Shown here one piece after another: positions 12,133-25,200 of a DNA stretch of 64,000 nt. A program made the position numbers and the translations under genes. Location: the NCBI GenBank assembly GCA_050084985.1, contig JBITNC010000001.1, forward strand, positions 26,474,001 through 26,538,000. The letters are read 5' to 3'. Each line of letters begins with the position of its first letter. Position 1 is the stretch's first letter. Source of the stretch: Nageia nagi (taxonomy: Eukaryota; Plantae; Pinophyta). Under the pieces are notes generated by a model. The model saw only the letters and a program-made list of their open reading frames with translations. It had not been told where the DNA came from and searched no databases.

Positions 12133-14660
12133 CTTGAATTTTGAAAAATGCAGAAAATGATAGGAAAAAGTTTGAATTCTAGCTGAAAATGTCCCTAAAG
12201 GGGTCAAGCAAAAATTTGGATGTGTCCTGTAGCAATGCAGAAAATGCTAGACGTACAGGTTCAGCTGCAAAAATGTCCAGCAGAAATAAACTGGAATACC
12301 CCTTTTATAGAGGTCGCATGGAGGGTATATGTCTGGCACTCTGCATGGGTGCCACTTATCTTCTTATCCCTTTGACTCTTGGCTTCCTCAGTATTTAGTC
12401 AATTTTAGCTCACAATTCCTAGGGCGCATTGTTTTAAAGGTTGTTTTTTCACTACCTGAAAAACATGCAATTGGACACTTGGTATATGGACATATAACTA
12501 AGTCAATTTTATGTTTTCCAGGGCAATAATATGTCACATTGAAAGTTCAAATCACCACTTCATGCTAGGGCGCACCGATTTAGGCAAGTGCTTTTTCATC
12601 ACAAAAAATCCTTGCACCTCAAATTTTCATGCATAAATGAAGGGAGAATGAAATGCACCTCATAACATAAATACTTAGCCAAAATTCTCAATTCAGACCT
12701 GGATGCATTGTTTTGGATGGGTCCTTTGCACTACTGGAAAATCATGCACCTAGGTCAATTAGGGCAAACCATGCAAAAAGAAATGAAGTGAATTTCAAAA
12801 ATTGGACCTTGAGATCCAACTTACCCCTAAGAAAAATGGCTCCAGACAACTCAAATGCCTTTTCAAACCCTTATTCCTCCTAGGTGCACCGATTTGAGTG
12901 AGTCCTAAAGCATAGTTTGGAAATGGTGCGATTGGGGGGCCTTGAACAAAATGAAATGAAGTGGTAAATAATACAAGGGGTGACCTCCTATATATAACTT
13001 TCCATCTTGCCATGTGTCACTTTTTCATTGGTAAAAAGTGAGGTCAAATGGTCGAGCCAGGATGGAGGGTGCACGTTTTAGAGTGAGTGCTTTTCCATGT
13101 TCCAGAATGCATGTGCCTACCAACTTGGTGCAACAAAATGACTTACCCAATTTTTATCAACCTTTCATCTCTTGAAGGTTGGTCGCACCTTTTTGGAAGG
13201 GTGCAAAAGCACGTCCCAAAATCCTTGCACCTAGGGGGTAGGCACCTTCTTGAAAACTTAAATTGAAAATCCCTAAGAATTTTGGGCTCACTAATTTAGG
13301 AGTTCAAAAGCATGTCCCAGAAAACATGCGCCTGGCCAAGGTGGAATTCTATACTTAGTCAAAAAAACTTGCTCCTGGGCCAAGACGTCTTGAGGCTAGT
13401 GCACCAATTTACTTGAGTGCTTTCACGATTTCCCATAATCATGCGCACAGCTCCATGGCACTCACCAATGCAATAAATTAAACTTTAATAAAAATGGCTT
13501 CCAAAAATAATTTCCAAGGTGGGCTGTACCAATTTGGAAGAGTGCTTCACCTCACCTTGAAGAAAGACTTAGCTTAATGCACCACCAATTGACCAAATGA
13601 CTTGAAAAATGAAATTCACCTCCGTTTATAGCCTTGGTCCCCATATGGACAAGTGTCACACATTGTTTGGTGTGAATGAAGGCCAAATGCATGTGAACAC
13701 ACTTTTCTCCCTCATGGTGGACGTCCAGAATTTTGACACTTAGCCAATTTTATGCACATGAAAGGATGGGCACACCATTTTTTGTACATACAAAAGCATG
13801 TCCCCAAAAGCATGCGCTCAAGCTATTTTACCAATTTTCTATAAAAAAATGCCAAGTGTTTGAAACACCTCATCCACTTGGGCGTAACTTTTTGGTATGT
13901 GCTCTTTCATTGCATGAAATACATACGCCCAAGCACAAAATATGTCAATTTTTGCGAAAATGACCCCCCAAAATGATGGGCAATGAGGGGGATAATGCAA
14001 CTTTACAAATGACAAGTGCAAATTTGGCATGAAGAATGCAATTTAAACATGAAAATGTAGGAATTCACCAGAAACATGCAAAATGAGGTTGGGCACACCA
14101 TTTATGGTGCATGCAAAAGCATGTCCCCTAAACTATGCGCCTAGGACAAAATGGTGTTTTAGATTTGTTTGAACATGAAAATGCAAATTTACCATGTTTA
14201 TCCTCGTTTGGCCTGAAATTTGTGCATTTGACTTAGAAAAATTTTCACCTTAGTCTCTCAGTATGATGAGGGTACTAAAAAAATGCAAAATTTTCGGGGG
14301 GGGGGGGGTGTTGTGCAGGCACAACAATATTATATTGATCTCATCATTTATCATTAAAACAGCTGTGGCATATTGGATCTTCACTTATTGTCTCATGTTT
14401 GTATGTGTTTGGTGCAATCTTGTCTCATTGTGCATGATGTTGGGCATTTAAGTTGTAATTGTGCTTGTATAGTGGGTCGTTCGCATTCTTGGCTCAGTTT
14501 TATGTGTATTTGATGCCCTAGATCAGTTCGTGGCATGCCTAGGAGCATAGTTTGATATCTATTTCATATTTACTTGGCTAATTTCCACGTTGAGAATATT
14601 TGGGATTTTACAGTTTCTTGCACTAATGCCTTCCTTTATAGTACCGATTTAGCTTTCACT

Positions 14661-15013
14661 CTAAGTTGCATGAAATGTCAAAAAGCTTCCAAGTTTCCGA
14701 AATGAGAACACCTGGAAACATGACCCCTCCAAAATGGGTACGTCAAAGGAAACATGTTATATAAAAAATAAAATATAAATATATATCTCTGTTTTTTTTA
14801 AATACACATTAACTTGCAAAACAATAAGAATGATACACATAAATAATATTTTAGAAGGAAAACCATGTCTATATTAACTCCCATAGATGATTACATGATG
14901 CAAAATCCAAAATAAGCCTTTATAGATGAGGCTTTACTTTCCGAGTTTCATCCAAGTTTCCAGAGGTTTATGAAAAGGGAACACAGCTGTTTTACAATTT
15001 TCCTGTAACTTAG
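14661..15013. mobile_element. hAT-type MITE (353 bp)
   Basis: TIRs CTAAGTTGCATGAAA / TTTCCTGTAACTTAG (13/15 match); perfect 8-bp TSD CTTTCACT (14653-14660 / 15014-15021). Confidence 0.8.
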
Positions 15014-15593
15014 CTTTCACTTGTTAGCTTCCTTCTATGTGAAGCCAACTTTCACATTGTTGCATGGGGATAAATGTAGGGATTAAGTGAGTGTCTTGGC
15101 AATAAGTTGACTTGGAGTCTTGGACACTTTTGAGTACCAAATCCTAAATGTTTTGGTGCTGCATGCTCTTTATACCAGCACTTACTACTTTTGTAAGTAT
15201 CGACTGCCTAGGTTTCTCCCAAGACTGATCTCTTATAATTTAGCTTTTATTTTAAACAATTTTTTGCCTAAAAACTCATTTAATAGTATTGAACAAATCA
15301 ACCACTTCATTTTTGGATGTAATTTGTTGACCATTTCCTCGTGCATAAATTCTCTTCTTACTTTTTGTAATCTCTTTACTGTCATAGAGAAACAGAATTC
15401 TTAAATTTGATTATTTGCTGGTTATATTGACCTTATGCATTAGTTTTTTTCTATTGTATTCAGATATCCAATGTGTGGACGTTTTAAGCATGTTGAGTAA
15501 CAGGCATCAACAAAATATCTAGGTCTTTCTATTTTCTTGATCATGCATGTTGATTTCTGACAACTACTTTTGTAATAAATACTCGTGCTTCAG

Positions 15594-15701
15594 GTTGCTT
15601 TCCATGCTGTGAGAAAGTTTGATGGTAAATCATTTAGACAGTTACTTCCTGGTGAATACACGCAAATGGCTGGGCGAGCAGGTCGGCGTGGGCTAGATGA
15701 G
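15594..15701 (+). CDS. SKI2: SKI2-like DExH-box RNA helicase, internal exon (helicase motif VI region)
   Basis: CAG| acceptor, |GTTGGT donor; 108 bp translating [36 protein letters not shown], which contains the Ski2-family [10 protein letters not shown] motif VI. Not in the ORF track. Confidence 0.95.
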
Positions 15702-15908
15702 GTTGGTTAATGGAAAGAGTGGAAACTTTGAAATCAGTTTATATTGAGATAAATCTGTAATATGGAACAAAAAAGTGCCTGGCACACCTTTCATTCACTC
15801 ACTTCCAGAGTTATTTTTCCACGATAGGTTATCAGTTCATTTGCTGTCTTCTTTTTTAAGTTTGTGATGGATCGTTTGAGGTCAATCATCCAACATTACT
15901 CATTTCAG

Positions 15909-16058
15909 GTTGGTATTGTCATTCTAATTTGTTGGGAGGAAATACCAGAAGAGAGTGATTTGAAATGCTTAATTACTGGAAAACCAACAAAGCTCGAGTC
16001 CCAGTTCCGTTTAACCTACAGCATGATTTTAAACTTACTTCGTGTGGAAGACCTAAAG
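15909..16058 (+). CDS. SKI2: SKI2-like helicase, internal exon
   Basis: AG/GT bounded, phase 0/0, 150 bp: [64 protein letters not shown] is characteristic of SKI2 rather than MTR4/HEN2. Confidence 0.95.
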
Positions 16059-16853
16059 GTACTGTTGTGCCCTTTTTGTTAAGATGGACATAAGTTTATG
16101 CAATGTATCATGATAATTTGTTTTACATTTAAAACTTTGGTTTGAGCTTTGTAGGATTCATTCTATATGCCAAATTAAGATGGCAGGTTACTGAAGTTGG
16201 AATTTCAGATATACTGGTTTTATCTATAGATTACACACCTCTGGGTAGACCCCAATTAAATTTGAACCATGAAGGGAAAAAAGGAAATGTTTAGGAGTTA
16301 TTTACATTGTAGCAGATTAACTGAATATGTTTGTTCTTTTTCAATAAGCATGGTGAATGATCAGGAAAGAAAAATGGTTTCGGGCCTTTGGCTCTTAAGA
16401 GAGAAAATTGATTGTATTATTCTAGAAAGTGACCTGCTAAATATATTTAATGAAACATAAAGATTTGAAGCTACTTGCTGTAACAAAATAAGCTGTTCTT
16501 TAAAAATAATTAATTTCTTGATGTGCTTTATAGCAGTTAAAACTTATATAATTAAAATTTCCCCTATTTTAATTTTGTTTTGTTACCAATAATGACCTAT
16601 ATCCCATTCTTCAAATGCTCTACTTTTGAATAAAATGAGAATTACAAGTTTGTAACCATTTTAAGATGTTCTTTTTATCCCTATTAAATAAAGACTAAAG
16701 CTATATATAACTTTGGGGGATTGGAGTAAGCGCAAGTTTTCTTGTTGATAATAAGTTGATAACAATATTTGTTCTAATTGTAAATTACTATAGCATTCTT
16801 AAATTACATTATTAGGTATTTTGATAAGATTGATCTACGGTTTTGAACTGCAG

Positions 16854-16972
16854 GTAGAGGACATGTTGAAAAGGAGCTTTGCTGAATTTCATGCACAGCA
16901 AGCGCTGCATGAACAGCAAAAGCGACTTCTAAAGGGAGAGGGAGAGCTTTCAAAGATGACCGCATTAATTGA
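16854..16972 (+). CDS. SKI2: SKI2-like helicase, internal exon
   Basis: CTGCAG| acceptor; VEDMLKRSFAEFHAQQALHEQQKRLLKGEGELSKMTALI+GA, then |GTAATG donor (phase 2). Confidence 0.93.
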
Positions 16973-18711
16973 GTAATGCTTATTCCCACATTCTTTATAT
17001 GATGGGTGTGCTTGGAAGGTTTTGTAATTACAGAAGAAAGATCAATAATGTCAATTAATGATAATTCTAATTGGATGCAAAGTTATTACCGATTAGTTGT
17101 ATAGACGTAACAAAACAGTAACATACATGGTAGTCTGATAAATTAGTAATTTGTGATACACAATTACACAGGCTATGGTCATATTGAAAAAAGAGGAAGT
17201 TTTAAGACTTCGAGTTTAAACATAGATATTTATGTAGTAGTTTTATTGCACAACACAAACAAAACTAAAAGTGTTAAAAATGATTATGCTAAATGTACAT
17301 AATTTTTAAAATTCGTTGGCTTTCTTATTGACACCTAGTAGTTATCATACAGAAGCTTAGAACTGCCAGCAATGTCTACGAATCACTGGGATGTTGTGGG
17401 CATTATATTGGTGTCATCAAGATTCGCTGATGTTCCTGGAAGGATTTATATTTAAATTTCAGTGTAATTATTTATTAATTTATTTTGTTATCTTGCATAC
17501 TTAGTAGGTGTACTTATAGTGATCCTTGTCATTTGATTATCATGATGATGGATAACAGAGTGTGATCTGCAACATCAATTAATTGTAGACAGATTTTCCA
17601 GAAATTGCATCAAACGAAGGATGTTTTTACTTATACTGAGTAGTTTAAGTTTTGTACCAGCATGTGCTTTGGCCAAGTCCGATGTAACTCAAACCTATTC
17701 TTTTCATTGCAAATTGAGCTATAATGGATGGTCCATATATAATGTACTAAAAAATGGAAGCTTAAAAATAAACAAAGAAGAAAAAGAAAGAAATTGTATT
17801 AGTGTCATTTGAATACCAAACTATGCCAATGGGACTCAAAAATAAATTGCTTTTGTACAAAATAATGTAGAACCTGTTGGTGAGGATTTCTTTCTTCTTA
17901 CGTTGGTGAGATTAACAGGGAAAGGGCCAACACTATTTGGGTGAGGTAGTGTATCTTACGCCCACTTGAGAGGACTTGAACCCCAATGCTTACGTGTCCA
18001 TCATGACTCTAGATGTTTATCGATCTATTCTCCAGTGAATACTAGGATAATTCAGAAAAGAAGGTAGGATGGGTGTTAACTCACGTTTAAATAGGCATCT
18101 GGAGTGTTATGCAGTTGATCGAAAGTTGCAGGTTCTAAAGAAAAGAAAATAAAAGAACGAAAACTGAGAATGATGTTGATGTCTCTTGCTAAAGTTGAAA
18201 GGGCAACCGATCTTCAAATTCGTATGCTTCCTAAAGAGATCAAAGATACAAAGTATTGATGCAAACTCTAGGATTGGAAGATACAACTAAATCATCCTCC
18301 CTTCAAAATGATCCAAGATGGGTTCTTATAGCATATAGTTTTGACAACATCATCAAATGCAGTGTTGCCCTAAAACGACAAATAATAATCGAAAATAGGG
18401 GTCTTTTGATTTAAGCCTAATTTACTCAAATCCAAACATGCTTATCACTCCAAAATTACTTAATTAAATCAGATCTTAGATAAATACCAAATTATGCATG
18501 CAATTCATCCATAAAATAATTATTCTAGCTCAACTTATCCATATGAACATGCATAAACATCACATAAACTCAAATGATGCCCTAGGAGTGAGACATCCAC
18601 CTCCATGGATTAAAATAACAAGATCCAAACCACAAGTAAACGAGAAAGATATATTTTGTAAGTTTCTGAATAAGAACTGAGAGAAGTACAAGCCTCAAAG
18701 TGCCCTAGAAA

Positions 18712-19273
18712 TGTGATGTCCCAAGAGGGGCCTCTATCAACCACTCCAATTGCAGATTGAACTCAAACTATCTCTCCTAAGTTGGATGCCCAATTCTTGG
18801 GTCTCTCAACAATAGTAGATGAAGCGCTAGGGCGTTCGGAAGTAGATCTCAATAGGAATATGAGCACCAAGGCTCAACGGGCACCAAAGCCATGCAGTAG
18901 TTTGGCAAGAATAAGCTTTGAGGATGGCAACCTCAAGACCTCCCTTACGCACAAGAGGAATAAGAGAGCAAGTTCACACCAACAAATGTAAAATAAGTAA
19001 ATGATGATCTTCAAATGAGGCGTCTCCCTCCTTTTATAGCCAATTTGGTCTTTTTCCTTATTGACTGGCCGACCCAATCCAGACTTAACTACCAAATACT
19101 CCTAAACTACAAATTACACCTTTACATGGGGTATCCCACCTTGTGATGACAATTATAACCCTGAAAAACTCATTCTTCATAGTTTTTTATGACAATTATA
19201 ATACTACGAAAGTAAATAACGCCGAAACATAATACCATTTTTCATCAAACCCTAATACTACCAAAGTATCACA
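18712..19273 (-). mobile_element. LTR (or LTR fragment) of a Gypsy-type family, inverted, abutting the PBS of G1
   Basis: TGTGATGTCCC...ATCACA ends; minus-strand GGCTATAAAAGGAGGG...CTCATTTG promoter resembling the G1/G2 LTR promoter; no TSD found. Confidence 0.55.
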
Positions 19274-19275
19274 AG

Positions 19276-22200
19276 TGGTATCAGAGCTAGAATCTTGCCA
19301 GCCTATGGTCAATGTCTATTTTTCTGAGTTTTGGCAGTTTTGAGTATCTCAGGTTTTGAATTTTTCTGAATTAGGGTTTTTAGAAAAATTAGGGCTTTCA
19401 AAAATTGTGGGTATTTCAGATTCGTGTTGAAAAATGTTTTTCTGTGGTGAAAATTTATGTCCTAGTGAAAATTGCGGATTTTTAGGGGATTCGCGGATTT
19501 TTATGGATTTTTTTTTTGAAAATAAAAATTGCAGATTTGGATATCCTTTTGGCCAAATTGTGGATATATTGTTTCAAAAAAAATTTTGGTGGTAAGAATT
19601 TTCAGTATTTCGAAATTCCATTTTTTTAGGGTTTGATAGGGTTTTATGCATCGCCCCCCTATTCATCAGTATTTTACGAGGAGAAACAAACTTGCTTTGG
19701 AAATGGCAAACAGGGAAGAGGATGAGGAGCCTCAAAGGCCAATTGATAGGGCTGAGCAAAAGTTCGATGCCCTACTTGAGATGCTGCAAAGAATGGTGTC
19801 CTTACAAGAGACAAATCAACAAGAATTGAGGGTAGCTTTGGGCAACCCAAATGGTACAAGGAGGGAAGGAGAAAGGGGAGGCAACAACAATGGGCATGAG
19901 TCATCATCTAACTCAACACACTCCTTTGCCTAGGCCATCCAAGCCTATGTTTCTTGTTCCACCACCTTCACCGGAGGAAGATGAGGTAATTGATGAATTA
20001 GATGAATGGTTTGTTGCTTATAGTAATAAATCTGAAGGTTTTAGGGCAGCAATTTCTTTTGATAAATATTTGAAAATTGTGGGTAAATTTGTTGTTGAGG
20101 TTAAAAAAGAGAAAAAGAAACCTTTATTGCATCAAAGGTGACCATTCCCTCATTTAATGGTCAAGATGGTCTCATAGCTAGGGCATGGCTTCAAAAATTG
20201 TAGACTTATTTTACCTTGGAGCCTATTTTTGAAGCTGATGCAGTTCAAATTGCTACACTCCACCTTGAGGGTAGTGCTTACTCATGGTGGCATCATGGGT
20301 TAGTAACCCAAGGGCATGGTGATATTGATACATTTGATGAATTTTGCGTTAGGGTTTTGAACAAGTTTGAAAGGAGGAATGTGGAAGAGTATTTTAAGGA
20401 GCTTGCCACTTTGAAGCAAACTTCATCCATTCATGCCTATGTGGAGGAGTTTGAGCAACTTTCAGTTCAGGTACAAAACATTTCACCCAAGAGGGTAATT
20501 TTTCTTTTTATGGATGCTTTATTGGAACCCTTGCGAGGGCTAGTTAAGGCTTTTGAGCCAGTTACTCTTGAGGATGCCATTAAGAGGGCTTTGAGCTTGG
20601 AATCTGTTGATTGAGATTGTGTAATATGTGCGCCTGGAACAATCTTAACCAAAGTAGTTCACGAACAGACTGTGGGACGCAGCCTGATCTCCGGAGAAGG
20701 CCGGTTCCTTATCCATTGGGTAAAGAAAAAGTAACAGGAAAGAGATAAAAAGAGTAGGGAGCGAGAGATTCAAGCAAAAGGATAGGGTAACAAGAAAGGA
20801 AGTAAAAGGATAGGGTAACGAGAGAGGAAGTAAAGGGATAGGGTAACGAGAGAGAAAGCAAAGGGGTAGATCACTAGTTCAGCGCGGGCTTTCGCAGTGT
20901 GCGAAACCTTGGCCTGAATCTAGTGTCGCAGCCACAGAACAAGTTCTCACTCTCTGAATAGCTCCCCAGCTTCTACTCTACCATGTAGCAGACACAGTTA
21001 TACTAGCAACCCGCAACTATTACTCAGGAAACAAGCTAAGCTGCCACAATGTAACCAAATTAAGAATAACAATTACGAGTGCTAGACAAGAAAGGTCAAG
21101 ATGGTTTCATAGTACCGGACTGAAGCTACAGGTCTTCGAGAACAAATGAAAAGGGCAATACTAGGCTTCCGACCCTAGTTTCTCTTTATTTTCATATATT
21201 TATACTGTATTAATAACAGTTACAAGATTACAGAATAGAAACGTTTACAAAACGGCCGCAAGATTCTGGCCTTCTTGAACTGATATCACCTACATATGAC
21301 ACTTGGCCGACTGTTACAAAATTGGGCAGATCGCCGACGATTCGGTTCCCTGATGATGGCGCTCAGGTATTTTGCAGACTTCCTTCTCTCCCGGAATGTT
21401 CAATTCTCCAACTCGGACTCTTCGATCTTTCATTGCGGCCTATTTTCCTCTGGACGCGGTCTTAATCCCAAATGTTAATCTTTCCCCTTCGCCTGACGTC
21501 AGCCTTGAATCTCCGGACTTCTTTATTCACTGGCTCCGGACACTAAATTGCTCCTTGATGATGTCATCCATTCCGGGCTCCGGTTTGCTTTATGAATGTA
21601 AACTTTATATCTCCTTGTGACGTCACCTTTGAATCTCCGGAATTTCCCGCTCGCTGGTTCCGGATGCTAAATTTCTCTTTGCTGATGTCATCTGTTCCGG
21701 GCTCCGGTTTCCTTTGTGAATGTAGACTTTGCCTTTCCATGTGACGTCATTTCCGGACTTCCGGAACGCTTCGCCTTCCGGAGAAGACGGTGTAGACTTC
21801 ATCGCTTCCGGGGTCTGATTTCCTTCAAGATATGAACTCTGTTGTACCTGTGACATCACCTTCATATGTCCGGAATGCTCCATGCACTGATTCCGGGCCT
21901 TTTAGTTCCCTTTGATGAACTCATCATCTCCGGACTCCGGTTCTTATTCAAAATGTGAACGTCGTTTCGCCTGTGACGTCATCTTTCTTTCCTCCGGAAT
22001 GTTTTCCTTTATGGCTCCGGATACTAAGTCGCTACCTGCTGACGTCATATCCTACGGACTCCGGCCTTTTATTTATTCCGGAATAGCTCCCGGGGACATT
22101 AAGGTGAACTCATGATAATAATTGTAATACCCCGGGCCCTTCTTCAAGAATTTTAATGTAGGAATCTACAGAATCTATTTTGCCTTCTAGGCAGAAATAT

Positions 22201-25200
22201 GTTGCATATAACACATCTGCTAGACCACCTTTTGCAGCTAGGAAAACAGGTTTTGGACAGCAGTATGGACAGTTAGGAAACCTCACGCAGCAAGGTGGAA
22301 ATGAGAGAAATTTTTATGGCAAAAATCCAACACATAGAGAGGGTTTTAGATCTGGTTTTCAGCCACCTAATAAGCCCCCAAATGGCCCACGCTTGACACA
22401 AGAAGAGAAAGATGAGGTAAGGAAACAAAACAAGTGTTTCATTTGCAAGTCTCCTTGGCAAAGAGGTCATAAATGGAGAGGAAATATGAAAATTATTGAA
22501 TTACATTCTAATTCTGATTCTGATAATTCTGATATTTATGCGGCAGATGAGACACCTTTGGAAGAGGAAGCACAAAGGGAGTATGGGGAAGTTCTTGAAG
22601 GTTCCCTAGCCACTTTGAGTGGGCTGAATTAGTTTAGCACTATTAAAGCACCGGGTAGATTTTTTGAGAAAAAGGTTATTGTTTTAATAGATGGTGGTGC
22701 TACTTACAATTTTGTTGATGAGAAGTTTGCCACTAGAAAGAATCTTCCTATAGCTATCATTCCTGGTTTCAGTGTTGCTATTGGCAATGGTGATCTTATC
22801 ACATGCAACAAAGTGGTAAGAAACATAAAAATTAATTTTGGCAACATGGAAGAGATGAGCAATTCTTTGTTTTCCCTTAGGAGGTATTCCACATATGATT
22901 TTGGGTGTGCAATGGTTGTATTCACTTGGTGATTATGTTACTAATTATCAGAAATTAGAACTGAAATTTGTGCTTGAAGGGAAAGATGTGGTGTTGCAAG
23001 GAATCAAGGAAAATGGGCCAAATGATTCTTGCAAAATTTTGGAGGTCTCTTGCAAAAGAATGGAGAGAATGATGAGGCATAGAGACATTGAGTGGGCAGT
23101 TGTAATTTTCAATACAGAAGGAAAAAACTCAGCCACCTATCATCCTCAAATTCAAGGTTTGCTACAAAAACATCTTAAGGTATTTTCCGACCTACCTAAA
23201 GGTTTGCCACCTAGTAGAGGTTTTCAGCATGTTATTGAATTGGAAGCAAATAGTAAACCTGTTATAATAATACCTTATAGGCATCCAAAGGTTTTTAAAG
23301 ATGAGATTGAGAAAACAATTGCTGGATTTCTTGAGAGTGGACACATTAGACCTAGTTGTAGTCCTTTTTTGCTTCACCTGTTGTTTTAGTGAAAAAGAAG
23401 GATGGAACTACGAGAATGTGCATTGATTATAAAACATTGAATAAAAGGACCATAAAAAATAGATATCCTATTCCTAGAGTTGATGAATTGATAGATGAGT
23501 ACATGGGGCTATGTATTTTTCAAAAATTGATCTGAGATCAGGATATCATCAAATTCGTAAGAGGGATGAGGATGTGTATAAAACAACATTTAGATGCCAT
23601 TGTGGACACTATGGGTTTATGGTTATGCCTTTTGGATTGACTATTGCACTTGCCACTTTTCAATTAGCCATGAATCAAATTTTCAATCAGCATTTGAGGT
23701 GCTTTGTCTTGGTATTTTTTGATGATATTTTGGTATATAGCAAAAATTGGGATGATCATTTACAACATGTAAATTCAGTTTTGAGCATTTTAGGACAACA
23801 AGATTTATATGCAAAAGAATCTAAGTGTGAATTTGCTATTACTGAAATTTTGTACTCGGGGCATATTATTTGCGAAGATGGGGTGAAAGTTGATCAAACT
23901 AAAGTTTCACTTGTACAAAGATGGCCTATACTATCCAACCTAACAAAATTGAGAGGTTTTGTGGGTTTATGCAGTTACTACAGAAGGTTCATTAAGGGGT
24001 TTTCTTCTTTGGCTGCCCCCATTACTGAATTGACTAAGAAAGGGGCTTTTTCATGGTCCAATGAGGCTCTTCTAGCTTTTCTAAAGCTGACGGATGTAAT
24101 GACTTCCACTCCTTACTTGCTATTCCTGATTTTTCTGTTGCTCTTACTATTGCTTGTGATGCATCAGGTGCAGGAGTTGGAGCTGTACTTATGCAACAAG
24201 GATGCCCCATTGCATATGAGAGTAGAAAGCTCTCAAATGTGGAGAAAACATTCAGCATCTATGATAAAGAGATGCTAGCTATCATGCATCCCTTGACCAA
24301 ATTTAAGCAATACTTGGTGTGTGGCAAGTTTGTGGTCAAAATTGATCATAACCGTTTGAAATATTTCTTGAGGCAAGTTGAACTAAATGAAAGGCAACAA
24401 AAATGGGTAACAAAGTTGCAATCATATGATTTTGAAATTGAGTTTGTAAAGGGTAAGAAGAATTCAGTTGCTGATGCACTTTTTAGGCACCCTAATTTTC
24501 ATTCTCTTTCCATTATTTCTGCTGATTGGAAGGTGAAAATTATGGCTGAATATGTGAAGAATGATTTTTGTTCTAAACTAATAAATGGGCAAGTTGAAGA
24601 TGATAGGATCAGTCATAAAGAAGGACTGATTTTTTGCAAAGGAAGAGTGTTTTTAGTACCTGAATCAAAAGCTGAAACAAGCTTTAATTAAAGCCATGCA
24701 TGATGCTTCACTTATAGGCCATCTAGGTTTCTACAAGACTTATAAACAAGTTAGGGAAAGATGCTATCGGAAAGGTTTGAAAATGGATGTTTTCTTGCAT
24801 GTTCAGGAATGTGTTATTTGCCAAGAAAACAAGGGAGAATATGAATTTTCAGCTGGTTTACTTCAGCCACTTCCTATTCCCAATCAGAAATGGGAAAGTA
24901 TCTCCATGGATTTCATTACTGGTGTGCCCAAGGTATATGTGAGGGATTGCATGGATTTCATTGCATGGATTGCCTAAATCCATTGTGAGTGATAGGGACA
25001 ACAGATTTTTGAGCATGTTTTGGCAGGAATTGTTTAAGCTATGTGGTAGTAAATTGACTCCTAGTACTAGCTACCATCCCCAAACTGATGGGCCAACTGA
25101 GATTGTTAACAAATGGCTTAAAGGATGTTTGAGAAATTATGTTTCAGGTCAACAAAATGCATGGGTTAAATGGCTGCACCTTGGTGAATACTGCTACAAT

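Larger units (their letters stand above)
546..14326 (-). mobile_element. Element Y: giant solo-LTR-like element (~7.26 kb net) carrying one long ORF; interrupted by element X
   Basis: Starts TGTTGGTATG at 546, ends TGTTGTGCAGGCACAACA at 14326; perfect TSD ATATT (541-545 / 14327-14331). 546-953 joins 7478 onward, colinear with the reverse complement of X. Confidence 0.9.
262..14612 (-). mobile_element. Truncated LTR of the ~1.15-kb 'Z' family (262-545 + 14332-14612), split by element Y
   Basis: Both halves match the reverse complement of 30132-30700 and join across the ATATT TSD; terminus TGTAAAATCCC (rev. comp.) at 14612. Confidence 0.75.

Noticed and set aside
954-14326. Apparent 13-kb foldback/TIR element
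   Set aside because: TSDs pair 954 with 7472 and 546 with 14326, so it is an inverted nested insertion and not one element.
15021-15593. Possible upstream SKI2 exon (motif V, TETFAMGVN) near the first exon
   Set aside because: No such translation with splice sites was found; ORF 15120-15404 is low-complexity intron sequence.
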